A stretch of DNA of 64,000 nt from Bacteroidia bacterium (lineage in GTDB: Bacteria; Bacteroidota; Bacteroidia; NS11-12g; UBA9320). Made by a program: the position numbers and the translations under genes. The stretch lies in assembly GCA_965216465.1 (NCBI GenBank), contig CBDCFW010000003.1, positions 1 to 64,000 on the forward strand, written 5' to 3'. Shown here piece by piece: positions 10,806 to 19,537 of the stretch (position 1 is its first letter; each line of letters begins with the position of its first letter). Below the pieces are notes generated by a model. That model saw only the letters and a list, made by a program, of their open reading frames with translations. It had not been told where the DNA came from and searched no databases.

Positions 10806-12455
10806 TTATTGTTTCACGATTTTAATAATTTCTGAACCTTTATCCGATTTCAATTCTAAATAATAGGGACCAGCCATAATACCATCCATGTTTAACGAAT
10901 TTTTGTTTGGATTAAGAACACCATTCTTTATTACTCTGCCAGTTAAATCCATTATACAATATACCTCATAATTCGAATCGTTAATAATTACTAACTGGTT
11001 GTTTATAGGGTTTGGATAAGTATTTAAGTAGTGTTCATTTATGTTTTCAAGAATTGGGTCTGCAGTTAAATTTATACTAGAGTCGACATTAGGTAACATG
11101 GGGTCCGTATAAGGATAATTGGATTGATTGACCGGTATAAACTTATTACTAGAAACGCAGACGTTGTCATCAAGCCTAGCTATGACTCGTGTATTTGGAT
11201 CTGCTCCTGGAAAGTCGTAAAGCTGCGGATAGTCAACTGATCGCAAGGAACTTGCCTTGAATCCTGATTTAAATACAATGCTCTTATCTGCAATGAATTC
11301 ATAAAAGGCAAAATCGGGAATCTCGACATTCCCGTTGATAGTTATGGTGTTGCCAATTTTATAATGGTACAGAGGTTTTGCATAAAAGTCTCGAGATAAT
11401 GTTGGCCCTAGGTCTGCATCGGAAGTAATTATTTGATCTGAACAACTTCCTTTAACCGAATGTCTAAAATAATCGATTTCCATAGACAATGGAAGTTCGT
11501 CAATTGTCTCTAAATCAATATCATTGCTTGTATGTGAATTTAGCTTTGTTGCAAAAATCATACTCATAAACGCATCTACTGGGAAATATTTAGATTTATT
11601 TCGCTTGCTAGCTGCCCCCAATTGATGACATTCAAGACCTTGACCGCTGCTAACACTTCGATACCTATATATGGTTCGATAGTTAACACCGTTTATTATA
11701 AACTCGATTTTATACGGAGTGTAAATCATTGTATAGGTCTGAAACGAAGAGTGGAAATTATTACTGAACAAGACACTGTCAATACATTCAAATTGGTTAA
11801 GATGAGAATTATCGGAGGTGCAAGTGCTAAATTCTTCATTGTAGTGACTGTTAAACTTTGGTCTATTGAATATTCGGTTTTCATAAGCCAATCTAGCAGC
11901 ATCGTACGCTGTTTGGTTAGGATAATCCCATCGATTTGGAACACATTCTTTGCTGTTTATTGCAAAAAATTCAAAAATGTCAATTTCGTCAAAGCATCTG
12001 TCACCTGAATATAACCAAGCAGCAGGCCAAAGGCCAACACCAATTGGTGTCTTGCATCGAACTTCATATTTCCCATAGCCAAATCTTTGATGAGAATTTA
12101 AATAAGCACTAGCAAACTTATATGTGTCATTATTATATTGAAAGGGGGTTATTTCATCTATACTAAGTGTTATAGTACCTCCACTTACATCATAGAGTGA
12201 AGCCAGATGACTATCCCAAATTCCTGCCATGTATAGCTGTGTTTCAGCTTTATAATTATCAGGACCGTACGATTGCCCTTTTCTCCATTTTGATTGGTCA
12301 AGAGCTGAGCCGTTAAAATCATCAAAGAAAATTTCTATATAGTCTTCATCATTTAAGCAAGTCATTGAATTATCATCAACTTTTATATCTGCACATTGTT
12401 GAGCAACCGCTAAATAGCATAGAAGAACCACTGGGAGCAATGAAACAATTCTCAT
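10806..12455 (-). CDS. Secreted GH16 glycoside hydrolase with T9SS C-terminal domain
   Basis: FFDDFNG, GYGKYEVR, WPAAWL...EIDIFE catalytic motif; YPNP...G.YYLEL...KIVKQ CTD. Confidence 0.8.
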   Translation of the reverse strand: MRIVSLLPVVLLCYLAVAQQCADIKVDDNSMTCLNDEDYIEIFFDDFNGSALDQSKWRKGQSYGPDNYKAETQLYMAGIWDSHLASLYDVSGGTITLSIDEITPFQYNNDTYKFASAYLNSHQRFGYGKYEVRCKTPIGVGLWPAAWLYSGDRCFDEIDIFEFFAINSKECVPNRWDYPNQTAYDAARLAYENRIFNRPKFNSHYNEEFSTCTSDNSHLNQFECIDSVLFSNNFHSSFQTYTMIYTPYKIEFIINGVNYRTIYRYRSVSSGQGLECHQLGAASKRNKSKYFPVDAFMSMIFATKLNSHTSNDIDLETIDELPLSMEIDYFRHSVKGSCSDQIITSDADLGPTLSRDFYAKPLYHYKIGNTITINGNVEIPDFAFYEFIADKSIVFKSGFKASSLRSVDYPQLYDFPGADPNTRVIARLDDNVCVSSNKFIPVNQSNYPYTDPMLPNVDSSINLTADPILENINEHYLNTYPNPINNQLVIINDSNYEVYCIMDLTGRVIKNGVLNPNKNSLNMDGIMAGPYYLELKSDKGSEIIKIVKQ

Positions 12456-13523
12456 AACTGACTTTCAAGTTCTTCAATTCTATTATTTAACTCAACGATG
12501 TATAAAGTAAGCTCTTCAATTTTTTCTAGCATTTGAAGCTGAAGCTCACCAATATTAATTGCACCAGCCTCACTAATTTCAGCTGCAGATGGAACATTGG
12601 GGAGATGTTTATATTTTTTGATAAACTCGTTTAGTTCTTGAATACTGGGCAACTGATAATCACCATCAAAGACATAATCAGGGAAAGTTCCTTCTGGTGC
12701 TACTTCTAGCTCTGTGCACCACACTTTACCGGTCTTATCTACTCTGAAAATATCACCAACTTGGTCTAAGTGAACCCGAATTAAATGGTATTTTTCGTTT
12801 GAACTCACTGGAGGAGTCCGAGGGTAGGAGTTGATTACAATCCCCCCATGCCTTTCAATAACAAACATTTCACGAGAATTGCTTGAACCAAGGTCTTCAA
12901 AAATCTTAAATGGCTTGAATGCTTCAAATTGAGGGGCGACTAAGGGCTCATCCTTTACTTTTATCCAAGTTGAGCCATCTCCGGCAATATTAAATCTTAC
13001 TCCACTGTTCGGGTTGCGAACTTGAAACGCGTGTGAGTTTATATAATTGATTTCTATTTCTTGTGCTACTGAATATGGTGATGTAACATTATGAACTACT
13101 CTAAATGAATTTACATGACCGGCCAAGCTTGCATTGTTAAACACACTAAATTTATATAAGTCATTCGAGGTGTTAGTTGTACCAATTCTTAGCTTTCCAG
13201 GAATATATACCGTACTTAAACCAGTTTGAAAAATATTTTGACTTTCATTTGCAAAAACCCCATCAAAATTTTTATGAACGAAATATGTATTTTTTTCCGC
13301 CAATTACGGTATTTTTAATGTCATTGTAGGAATGAAAACCGAATACATTTTGATTTCCATCAAAAGCAGATAAATAAAAATCAAGATTACCAGAATTTGA
13401 AGTCAAATAATCACTCATATTTATCCCATAATGAACATTTGAGTTGGTGTTAGGTGGACTTATCTGAGAAAAACAATTGGACGAGAAAAACAATAGTAAA
13501 AGTAATAAGGAATAAGTTTTCAT
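12452..13523 (-). CDS. Secreted tail-fibre-like protein with C-terminal PDYVF...HLP chaperone/coiled-coil domain; split by a frameshift at the T7 run 13290-13296
   Basis: 13272..13523 supplies the signal peptide; deleting one base of the run gives ...GGKNTYF, in frame with 12452..13303 ending PDYVFDGDYQL...HLPNVPSAAEI...LEKIEELTLY. Confidence 0.65.
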
Positions 13524-13552
13524 ACTCCAATTGTAATAAAAAAAAATGAAAT

Positions 13553-13584
13553 AAAAAAGGAAGGCCGTAAACGACCTCCCTTTT
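13553..13584 (-). terminator. Rho-independent terminator of the susCDE operon
   Basis: AAAAGGGAGGTCG-TTTA-CGGCCTTCC-TTTTTT on the minus strand. Confidence 0.75.
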
Positions 13585-13606
13585 GAAACCTAATAATTAA
13601 ATGTAA

Positions 13607-14833
13607 TTATTTTTTAGTTGTTGTAAGAGTTTGTGACTCGGTTGACGCATCAATGGTCAAAGTCATATCGTATACTGCATCTTGCACTGTACCTTCAAAG
13701 TTGCCATCTGGTGTAGTCCCCTGAAATTCGCCAGCACCATCACCATCAACAGTTACGTCGTTGTAACCGATAATTGTGTTATCCCAAGTTTGACCTTCTC
13801 TAATTTTAAAAGATTTACTATGGTCAACAGGATCTGTTGTTATTTTAACATCTGCATAAGTCCATGTAAACACCGTGCCATTAACAGCTGGCTTAGAAAG
13901 CATAATAGTACTATTCCAATCGTGTTCATTCGCACCATTGTAAATCCCAGAGCCAACAAGACCTAACTCAATATCAGTCCAGTCTTTAGTAGGAAGGTCA
14001 CCAGTTCTAGTTAAAGTAGCAGTGATGTCTTCACCTGCAGTCCAAGTTACTGTGATGTCATAGAACCCGCTTTCACCTAAAGTGATGTTGTCACCACCAG
14101 CTTCAAGCATATCAATAGTACCACCTCTGTTAGTGTTTACTTTAATTCCTTTATCGTTACCAGCTCCGTTATCGTAAGTAGTATCGATTTCAACTTTCCA
14201 CCCACTTGAGTATCTAAATTTGTAATCACCTAAAGTTAATGCAACGTCAGATGCAGAGAAAGTCATTGAAGATTGATCGAAAGCAGAAGCGTCTAACTTC
14301 GTGTCAGAAGACCATCCACCTGGAGTAGCTCCACCGATAATACCCCAGAAATCAACTGGTACGATAACCGCTTTTCCTACTTCAGTATCGATAACAACGT
14401 GGTAAAGACCATCTGCAGGTACCGTAAATGCAGTAGCAGTTTCTTCAATTCCACCTCTTTGGAAAGTTACTTGAGGTTCGTCGTTCGTACCTTGAGTTAC
14501 GTCTGCAAAATCAGCAGAAGGACCCCAAGTATGTCTGTGAGAACCTTCAACATGAACGATGTTAAATCCTTCAGCACCAGCTTTTAATGCTACGTAGATT
14601 TCCATTAACTCAGCACGGTCAGCCTGACCAACCTCGTTTTTAGTTGATTTTAAAGTTGCTTTAACGTCGAAGTCAGAGTATGCACTAGCACCACCTTGGA
14701 TGTAGTATCCGTCTTCAACTGGAGTTTCTGTTGGTTCCGTTGGTTCGTCTTTACAAGAGTAAAGCGAAATAACGCCAAACACAGCAGCGATTAAAGCTAC
14801 TCTCTTAGTTGTTCTTAATAATAAATGTTTCAT
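13607..14833 (-). CDS. SusE/SusF-like outer-membrane starch-binding lipoprotein
   Basis: Lipobox LYSC; WGIIGGATPGGW, YKFR, FKIR repeats; follows susD. Confidence 0.8.
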   Translation of the reverse strand: MKHLLLRTTKRVALIAAVFGVISLYSCKDEPTEPTETPVEDGYYIQGGASAYSDFDVKATLKSTKNEVGQADRAELMEIYVALKAGAEGFNIVHVEGSHRHTWGPSADFADVTQGTNDEPQVTFQRGGIEETATAFTVPADGLYHVVIDTEVGKAVIVPVDFWGIIGGATPGGWSSDTKLDASAFDQSSMTFSASDVALTLGDYKFRYSSGWKVEIDTTYDNGAGNDKGIKVNTNRGGTIDMLEAGGDNITLGESGFYDITVTWTAGEDITATLTRTGDLPTKDWTDIELGLVGSGIYNGANEHDWNSTIMLSKPAVNGTVFTWTYADVKITTDPVDHSKSFKIREGQTWDNTIIGYNDVTVDGDGAGEFQGTTPDGNFEGTVQDAVYDMTLTIDASTESQTLTTTKK

Positions 14834-14869
14834 TGTTTTGTTGTTTATAATATTATTTAGTTGTATTAA

Positions 14870-16342
14870 TTAAAGTCCTAGGTTAGGGTTCGCATCTATC
14901 GCCCATTGTGGAATAGGGAAGGTATAGCGATCAGCAGTTGAAGTTGACTTCTCCCACCAAGAGTCGGTAAATTTACCAAATCGAATTAAATCTTGTCTAC
15001 GATGTCCTTCACAGAACATTTCTCTTCCTCGTTCTGCCAATAACATATCAAGCGTAAAGCCACTGATGTTACTCGCTTTTGCACGTGAACGAACCTCTTG
15101 AATATATGAATCTCCATTGCCACCTTGACGAATAACACATTCCGCTTTCATCAATAAGATGTCTGCATAGCGGAAAAGTGGGAAATCGTTATTTAGATTT
15201 TCTCCAATTCCTGGTTCTATCTCATACTTTCCAATTCGTGCTCCTGAGTTTCTTATTTCGTCTAAGGTATTAGAAGCGTCAAGTCTTAGTTTGTCGATGT
15301 ATGGATTGATAACAAGGTCAACCTCAGCGGTCTTATCGTAAATCTTAGCACCGTTGCTTTCGTATTGTTGTCCTACAATAAATCCAGCTTTACGCTCATC
15401 TTGAGCTTCAAATGTGTTGTAATGATCTTCTACTGCAGCAAATCCATTCCATGGTCCAACAGGCATGTCATAAGTTAAGTTATGCTGGTAGTGAAGTGTA
15501 CGCATGTGCAGTCTAAATCCTTTTAAATCAAACTCATCAAAAGGAATAGTAAAGATATTCTCTGGCGACTTATCGTTTGCGAATGAGAAAGGAGCTAAAG
15601 CGTTTGCTTCTAAAGTATAAACTCCAAGGTTCATAACACTATCGCAATAATCTTCAGCTTTTTTCCATTCAGGAGTTCCAGTATATACTTCAGCATTTAA
15701 ATACAGTTTTGCTAGTAAGGTCATTGCCATTCCTTTAGATACCGCATAGTTGTTGGTATTTACTGGAAGCACAGGAATACTCTCTTCAAGCTCAGCTACG
15801 CAGAAGTTATAAATGTTTGCTCTGGTTTCTTTTTCTGGGAATTCAGGAGCATCAAAGAAGCTTGTAATCAAAGGGACATCCCCATAATTATCAATTAACA
15901 GGTAGTAATAAAATGCTCTCAGCGATTTAAGTTTTGCAATTACAACTGCAGCACTTGGGTCATCTTTACTTGGTAATAATCCGTCGATTGCTCGATTTGC
16001 TTCAAACACTCCGTCGTACATGTGAGACCACATAGAGTTAACAGCGTCGGTATTGTTATCCCATTCATGGGTGTGTAATACTCTCCATTTTCCACCATCA
16101 TCCCAGTCAGTCAAACGCACTGGGAAAACAATTTCGTCACTTGTGACTTCTTGAGCCCAGAACCACCATCCTGCGTCATCAACCAGGTCGGCAAGCTCTT
16201 GATAGGTTGGAATTACAACCAAAGCAGCTTGTCCTTCATTCTCAGGGAAGTTACCTTCTGGTATCTTGTCATACAGCTTATCATCATACTTTAAACAAGA
16301 TGTAGCTGTTAAAACGATGAATATGTATAATAATTTCTTCAT
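14870..16342 (-). CDS. susD: SusD/RagB lipoprotein
   Basis: Lipobox ATSC; LRAFYY..L.D.YGDVP, LAKLYLNAEVY, RYADILLM.AE, ERGREM..EG.RRQDLIRF. Confidence 0.92.
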   Translation of the reverse strand: MKKLLYIFIVLTATSCLKYDDKLYDKIPEGNFPENEGQAALVVIPTYQELADLVDDAGWWFWAQEVTSDEIVFPVRLTDWDDGGKWRVLHTHEWDNNTDAVNSMWSHMYDGVFEANRAIDGLLPSKDDPSAAVVIAKLKSLRAFYYYLLIDNYGDVPLITSFFDAPEFPEKETRANIYNFCVAELEESIPVLPVNTNNYAVSKGMAMTLLAKLYLNAEVYTGTPEWKKAEDYCDSVMNLGVYTLEANALAPFSFANDKSPENIFTIPFDEFDLKGFRLHMRTLHYQHNLTYDMPVGPWNGFAAVEDHYNTFEAQDERKAGFIVGQQYESNGAKIYDKTAEVDLVINPYIDKLRLDASNTLDEIRNSGARIGKYEIEPGIGENLNNDFPLFRYADILLMKAECVIRQGGNGDSYIQEVRSRAKASNISGFTLDMLLAERGREMFCEGHRRQDLIRFGKFTDSWWEKSTSTADRYTFPIPQWAIDANPNLGL

Positions 16343-16353
16343 TTCTAATTCAA

Positions 16354-19335
16354 TTAAAAGCTTGCATTAAGTCCAAATGTTATACTTCGTGTACGAGGAT
16401 ATACGTCGTACTGATCTCTTCCAAATTCAAATCCAGAGTAATTCAACTCAGGATCCAATCCAGAGTAGCCTGTAATTAACAATAAGTTGTTACCGTTAAG
16501 ATATACTCTTAAATTTTTAATTTTGTCTTTAACCGGGATATTGTACCCAACCGACATGTTATCTAACTTAAGGAATGATCCATTTTCAAGGTAGTAAGAG
16601 CTCACAATTGGACTCGTTTGAAGACCTCTGTCGTATTCATCTAATGCTTCTTCTAACACGTTTAGAGATGGAAGGTCAGCTGGGTTACTGAAAATCATTC
16701 GTGTAACGTTATACACTTGATGACCTACAACAGCTCTGAACGAGAAGCTCACGTCAAATCCATTTTTAAACTCAAAGTAGTTTGACCATCCAGCAATAAA
16801 ATCTGGTTGTGCACTTCCTACCGCTCTTCTTTCAGCCTTGGTTACATCTCTAGTTACACCGCCAGCAGCAGTATAGAATAAGAACTGGCCTTTGCCATCA
16901 GAGGTTAAGCCTGCATATTCAGGCAAGAAGAAAGTTCCAATCTCGTAGCCCGGAACAATTTTCTGAGTCCAGTTTTCACCTCCAACCAATCCACGGCCAT
17001 CAACAAATAATGTTCTAATCTCATCAAGGTCATGATTCTCACTTGAAAGAGTAACTGTTTTTTGTTTGTTATGAGCAAAAGTTAAAACAGACTTCCATTT
17101 CATCTTTTCATTGTTAATGATAAATGATTGAATAGTAGCTTCAATACCGTTATTCTGCAATTCACCTGCATTGGCGTAAATATATCTTGCCTTATTTGGA
17201 GGAACTGGAAGTTCGTATTTATAAATAAGGTCTGAAGTTGTTTTACGGTAGTACTCGATAGATCCTGAGATCTTATTCTTCCATAATCCAAAGTCAACTC
17301 CAATATTTAACTCACCGTTTTGCTCCCATTTCAAATCTGGGTTTTCTACGATATCGCCATTTCTTTCAAAGGAGATAACCGTTTCACCAGTTTCTGGATC
17401 GATAGCGGTACCTGCAGGAACATAGCTCACGCGGTCTACATTATTCGGAATGCTTTGATTTCCTGTTACACCATATCCAACTCTTAATCTTAGGTCAGAT
17501 ATAGTACTGTATTTTGCAATAAATGCTTCTTTCTTCAAGTTCCAAGCTGCTGAAACCGCTGGGAACCAACCCCATTCGTTGTTATCACCGAAACGACTTG
17601 AATAATCTCTTCTTACTGATAAAGTTAGGAAGTAGTGCTTGTCGAAGTCGTACATTGAACGAGCAAAAAGCGAAATAAATCCACTTGCATCTTTGTATGA
17701 AGTGATACTTCCTGGTTCAAGGTCAAGTAACACCTGAAGGTTGTTTGATTGAACAAAGTTCGATTGTGCATTTTTACCTTCAGCCTTAAAACCGTCATAG
17801 TTATCAACTTGGTAGGAGTGACCCGCCATTACATTGATATTGTGTTTTTCTTTGAAAGTTTTGATGTAGTTCAGTTTTTCTTCAATTAATAAAGATTCTC
17901 TGTTTTTATATTCTCGTCGTCCTAATCCTTGTGTATTGTTTGCCGCTGCAAAACTTGGTTCGAAGTAGAATGATTCCTCGTCATCTCGAATGTAAGCCAT
18001 ATTCACGCTGGCGTTTAGGCCATCGATGATTTGGTAATCAATTCCAAAGTTACCTAACAATCTTTTAGCATCTCTTTGATTTTGGAATTGTTCAATGATG
18101 GCAACTGGATTGTTGTATTGGAAGTTTCTGTCGGTTTCAAAGTAGTCTCCGCTTTCCGTATAAACAGGATCTAATGGACTTCTTCTCATCGCTTGATAGA
18201 TAACATTATTTGGATTATCTCCATCACCGTACGTAATGTAATCGTTCTTTTCGATGGTGGTCGACAATCGTGCGTTAAGCGTTAACTTGTCATTAAGCGC
18301 CTTTTGAGTGATGTTCAAACGACCAATGTATCTATCCTTGTCGGTTCCTTTAATTACACCAGCAATGCTATTTGAAGAGAACGAAGCTCTATAACTAGTA
18401 TTGGCGTCCATTCCTGAAAATGCTAGAGTGTGTTGAGATGAAACACCTGTGCGGTAGATTTCGTCCATCCAATCAACATTTCCTCCATTATCGGTTAAAA
18501 TGATAGAGGTATCTTGAGCTGCAAATTCTTTTATTTGGTCAGCGTCTAGAAAGTTAAGGCGGTTCGCAACTCTATCCAGTGAAACAAAGCTGCTATATTC
18601 TACAGCAAAAGTTTCAGCCATGCTTCCTCCACTTTTAATTCCAGAGTTTTTAGTGGTAATTATAATTACCCCGTTTGCAGCACGCGAACCATAAATTGCG
18701 GCGGATGCTGCATCTTTTAAGACGTTAAATGACTCAATATCGTCAGGATTGATGGTCGTAGGATCTACACCAACAACTCCATCCACAACATATAAAGGTC
18801 CTGTACCTGAGGTTAAACCAGCTGCACCGCGAATGTTTACGCTGAAACCTGCATTAGGATCACCTCCTTGCTTAGAAACATTAACCCCTGCTGCTTTTCC
18901 TTGTAACCCTTGAATAGGGTCAGTTAAACGACCTTTATTCAGTTCTTCAGCAGATACTTGGGTTACTGCTCCGGTCTTGTCCGATTTTTTTTGCACGGAA
19001 TATCCAATTACTAAAACTTCATCCAGTTTGTCTTCAGCAGTAAGCTGAATGTCAAAATAGGTTTGATTACCAATTTCAAATGTTCTAGAAGTGTATCCGA
19101 TGTACGATACTTTGAAGTTCTTAGCTCCTTCGTTAACCTTCATCGTAAATTCACCCTTCTCGTCGGTTATAGCTCCGCCCGGAACCTCAACTGTAGTTAA
19201 GTAAGCCCCAACCAACGGCTCTCCATTTTCTGAATCGGTTACCTTACCTTTTATCTGTGCAAAGGCAACTGAAGAATATGCCAAGAACAGAACCGATAAA
19301 AAGTGTTTTGAGTATTGCAGTAATGTTTTTTTCAT
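16354..19335 (-). CDS. susC: SusC TonB-dependent transporter
   Basis: LQGKAAGV, IRG, PLYVVDG, DIESFNVLKDAASAAIYGSRAANGVIIITTK, NPDLKWE, C-terminal F. Confidence 0.95.
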   Translation of the reverse strand: MKKTLLQYSKHFLSVLFLAYSSVAFAQIKGKVTDSENGEPLVGAYLTTVEVPGGAITDEKGEFTMKVNEGAKNFKVSYIGYTSRTFEIGNQTYFDIQLTAEDKLDEVLVIGYSVQKKSDKTGAVTQVSAEELNKGRLTDPIQGLQGKAAGVNVSKQGGDPNAGFSVNIRGAAGLTSGTGPLYVVDGVVGVDPTTINPDDIESFNVLKDAASAAIYGSRAANGVIIITTKNSGIKSGGSMAETFAVEYSSFVSLDRVANRLNFLDADQIKEFAAQDTSIILTDNGGNVDWMDEIYRTGVSSQHTLAFSGMDANTSYRASFSSNSIAGVIKGTDKDRYIGRLNITQKALNDKLTLNARLSTTIEKNDYITYGDGDNPNNVIYQAMRRSPLDPVYTESGDYFETDRNFQYNNPVAIIEQFQNQRDAKRLLGNFGIDYQIIDGLNASVNMAYIRDDEESFYFEPSFAAANNTQGLGRREYKNRESLLIEEKLNYIKTFKEKHNINVMAGHSYQVDNYDGFKAEGKNAQSNFVQSNNLQVLLDLEPGSITSYKDASGFISLFARSMYDFDKHYFLTLSVRRDYSSRFGDNNEWGWFPAVSAAWNLKKEAFIAKYSTISDLRLRVGYGVTGNQSIPNNVDRVSYVPAGTAIDPETGETVISFERNGDIVENPDLKWEQNGELNIGVDFGLWKNKISGSIEYYRKTTSDLIYKYELPVPPNKARYIYANAGELQNNGIEATIQSFIINNEKMKWKSVLTFAHNKQKTVTLSSENHDLDEIRTLFVDGRGLVGGENWTQKIVPGYEIGTFFLPEYAGLTSDGKGQFLFYTAAGGVTRDVTKAERRAVGSAQPDFIAGWSNYFEFKNGFDVSFSFRAVVGHQVYNVTRMIFSNPADLPSLNVLEEALDEYDRGLQTSPIVSSYYLENGSFLKLDNMSVGYNIPVKDKIKNLRVYLNGNNLLLITGYSGLDPELNYSGFEFGRDQYDVYPRTRSITFGLNASF

Positions 19336-19368
19336 ATAAAACTTTAGCTAGTCTTAAAAAATATTAAG

Positions 19369-19387
19369 TAGTGTTAAAATGACACTA
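19369..19387. promoter_or_regulatory. NrtR-family operator TAGTGTTAAAATGACACTA at the susC promoter
   Basis: Palindrome just downstream of the TATATTTG -7 element (minus strand), a repressor position. Confidence 0.82.
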
Positions 19388-19466
19388 TGATACGAACAAA
19401 TATAGGATTGTTACTGAGCTTTTATCAATTTATTATGTAAAAATTATCATTGCTAATGAACCTACT

Positions 19467-19485
19467 TAGTGTCATTTTAACGCTA
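19467..19485. promoter_or_regulatory. NrtR-family operator TAGTGTCATTTTAACGCTA upstream of the secreted amylase
   Basis: Near-exact reverse complement of the 19369 site; lies at the -33 region of the plus-strand promoter. Confidence 0.78.
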
Positions 19486-19537
19486 TATTGAATTTTCGGG
19501 TGTAAATTGCGGCCAAATATTTATTAAGTTTACACAA

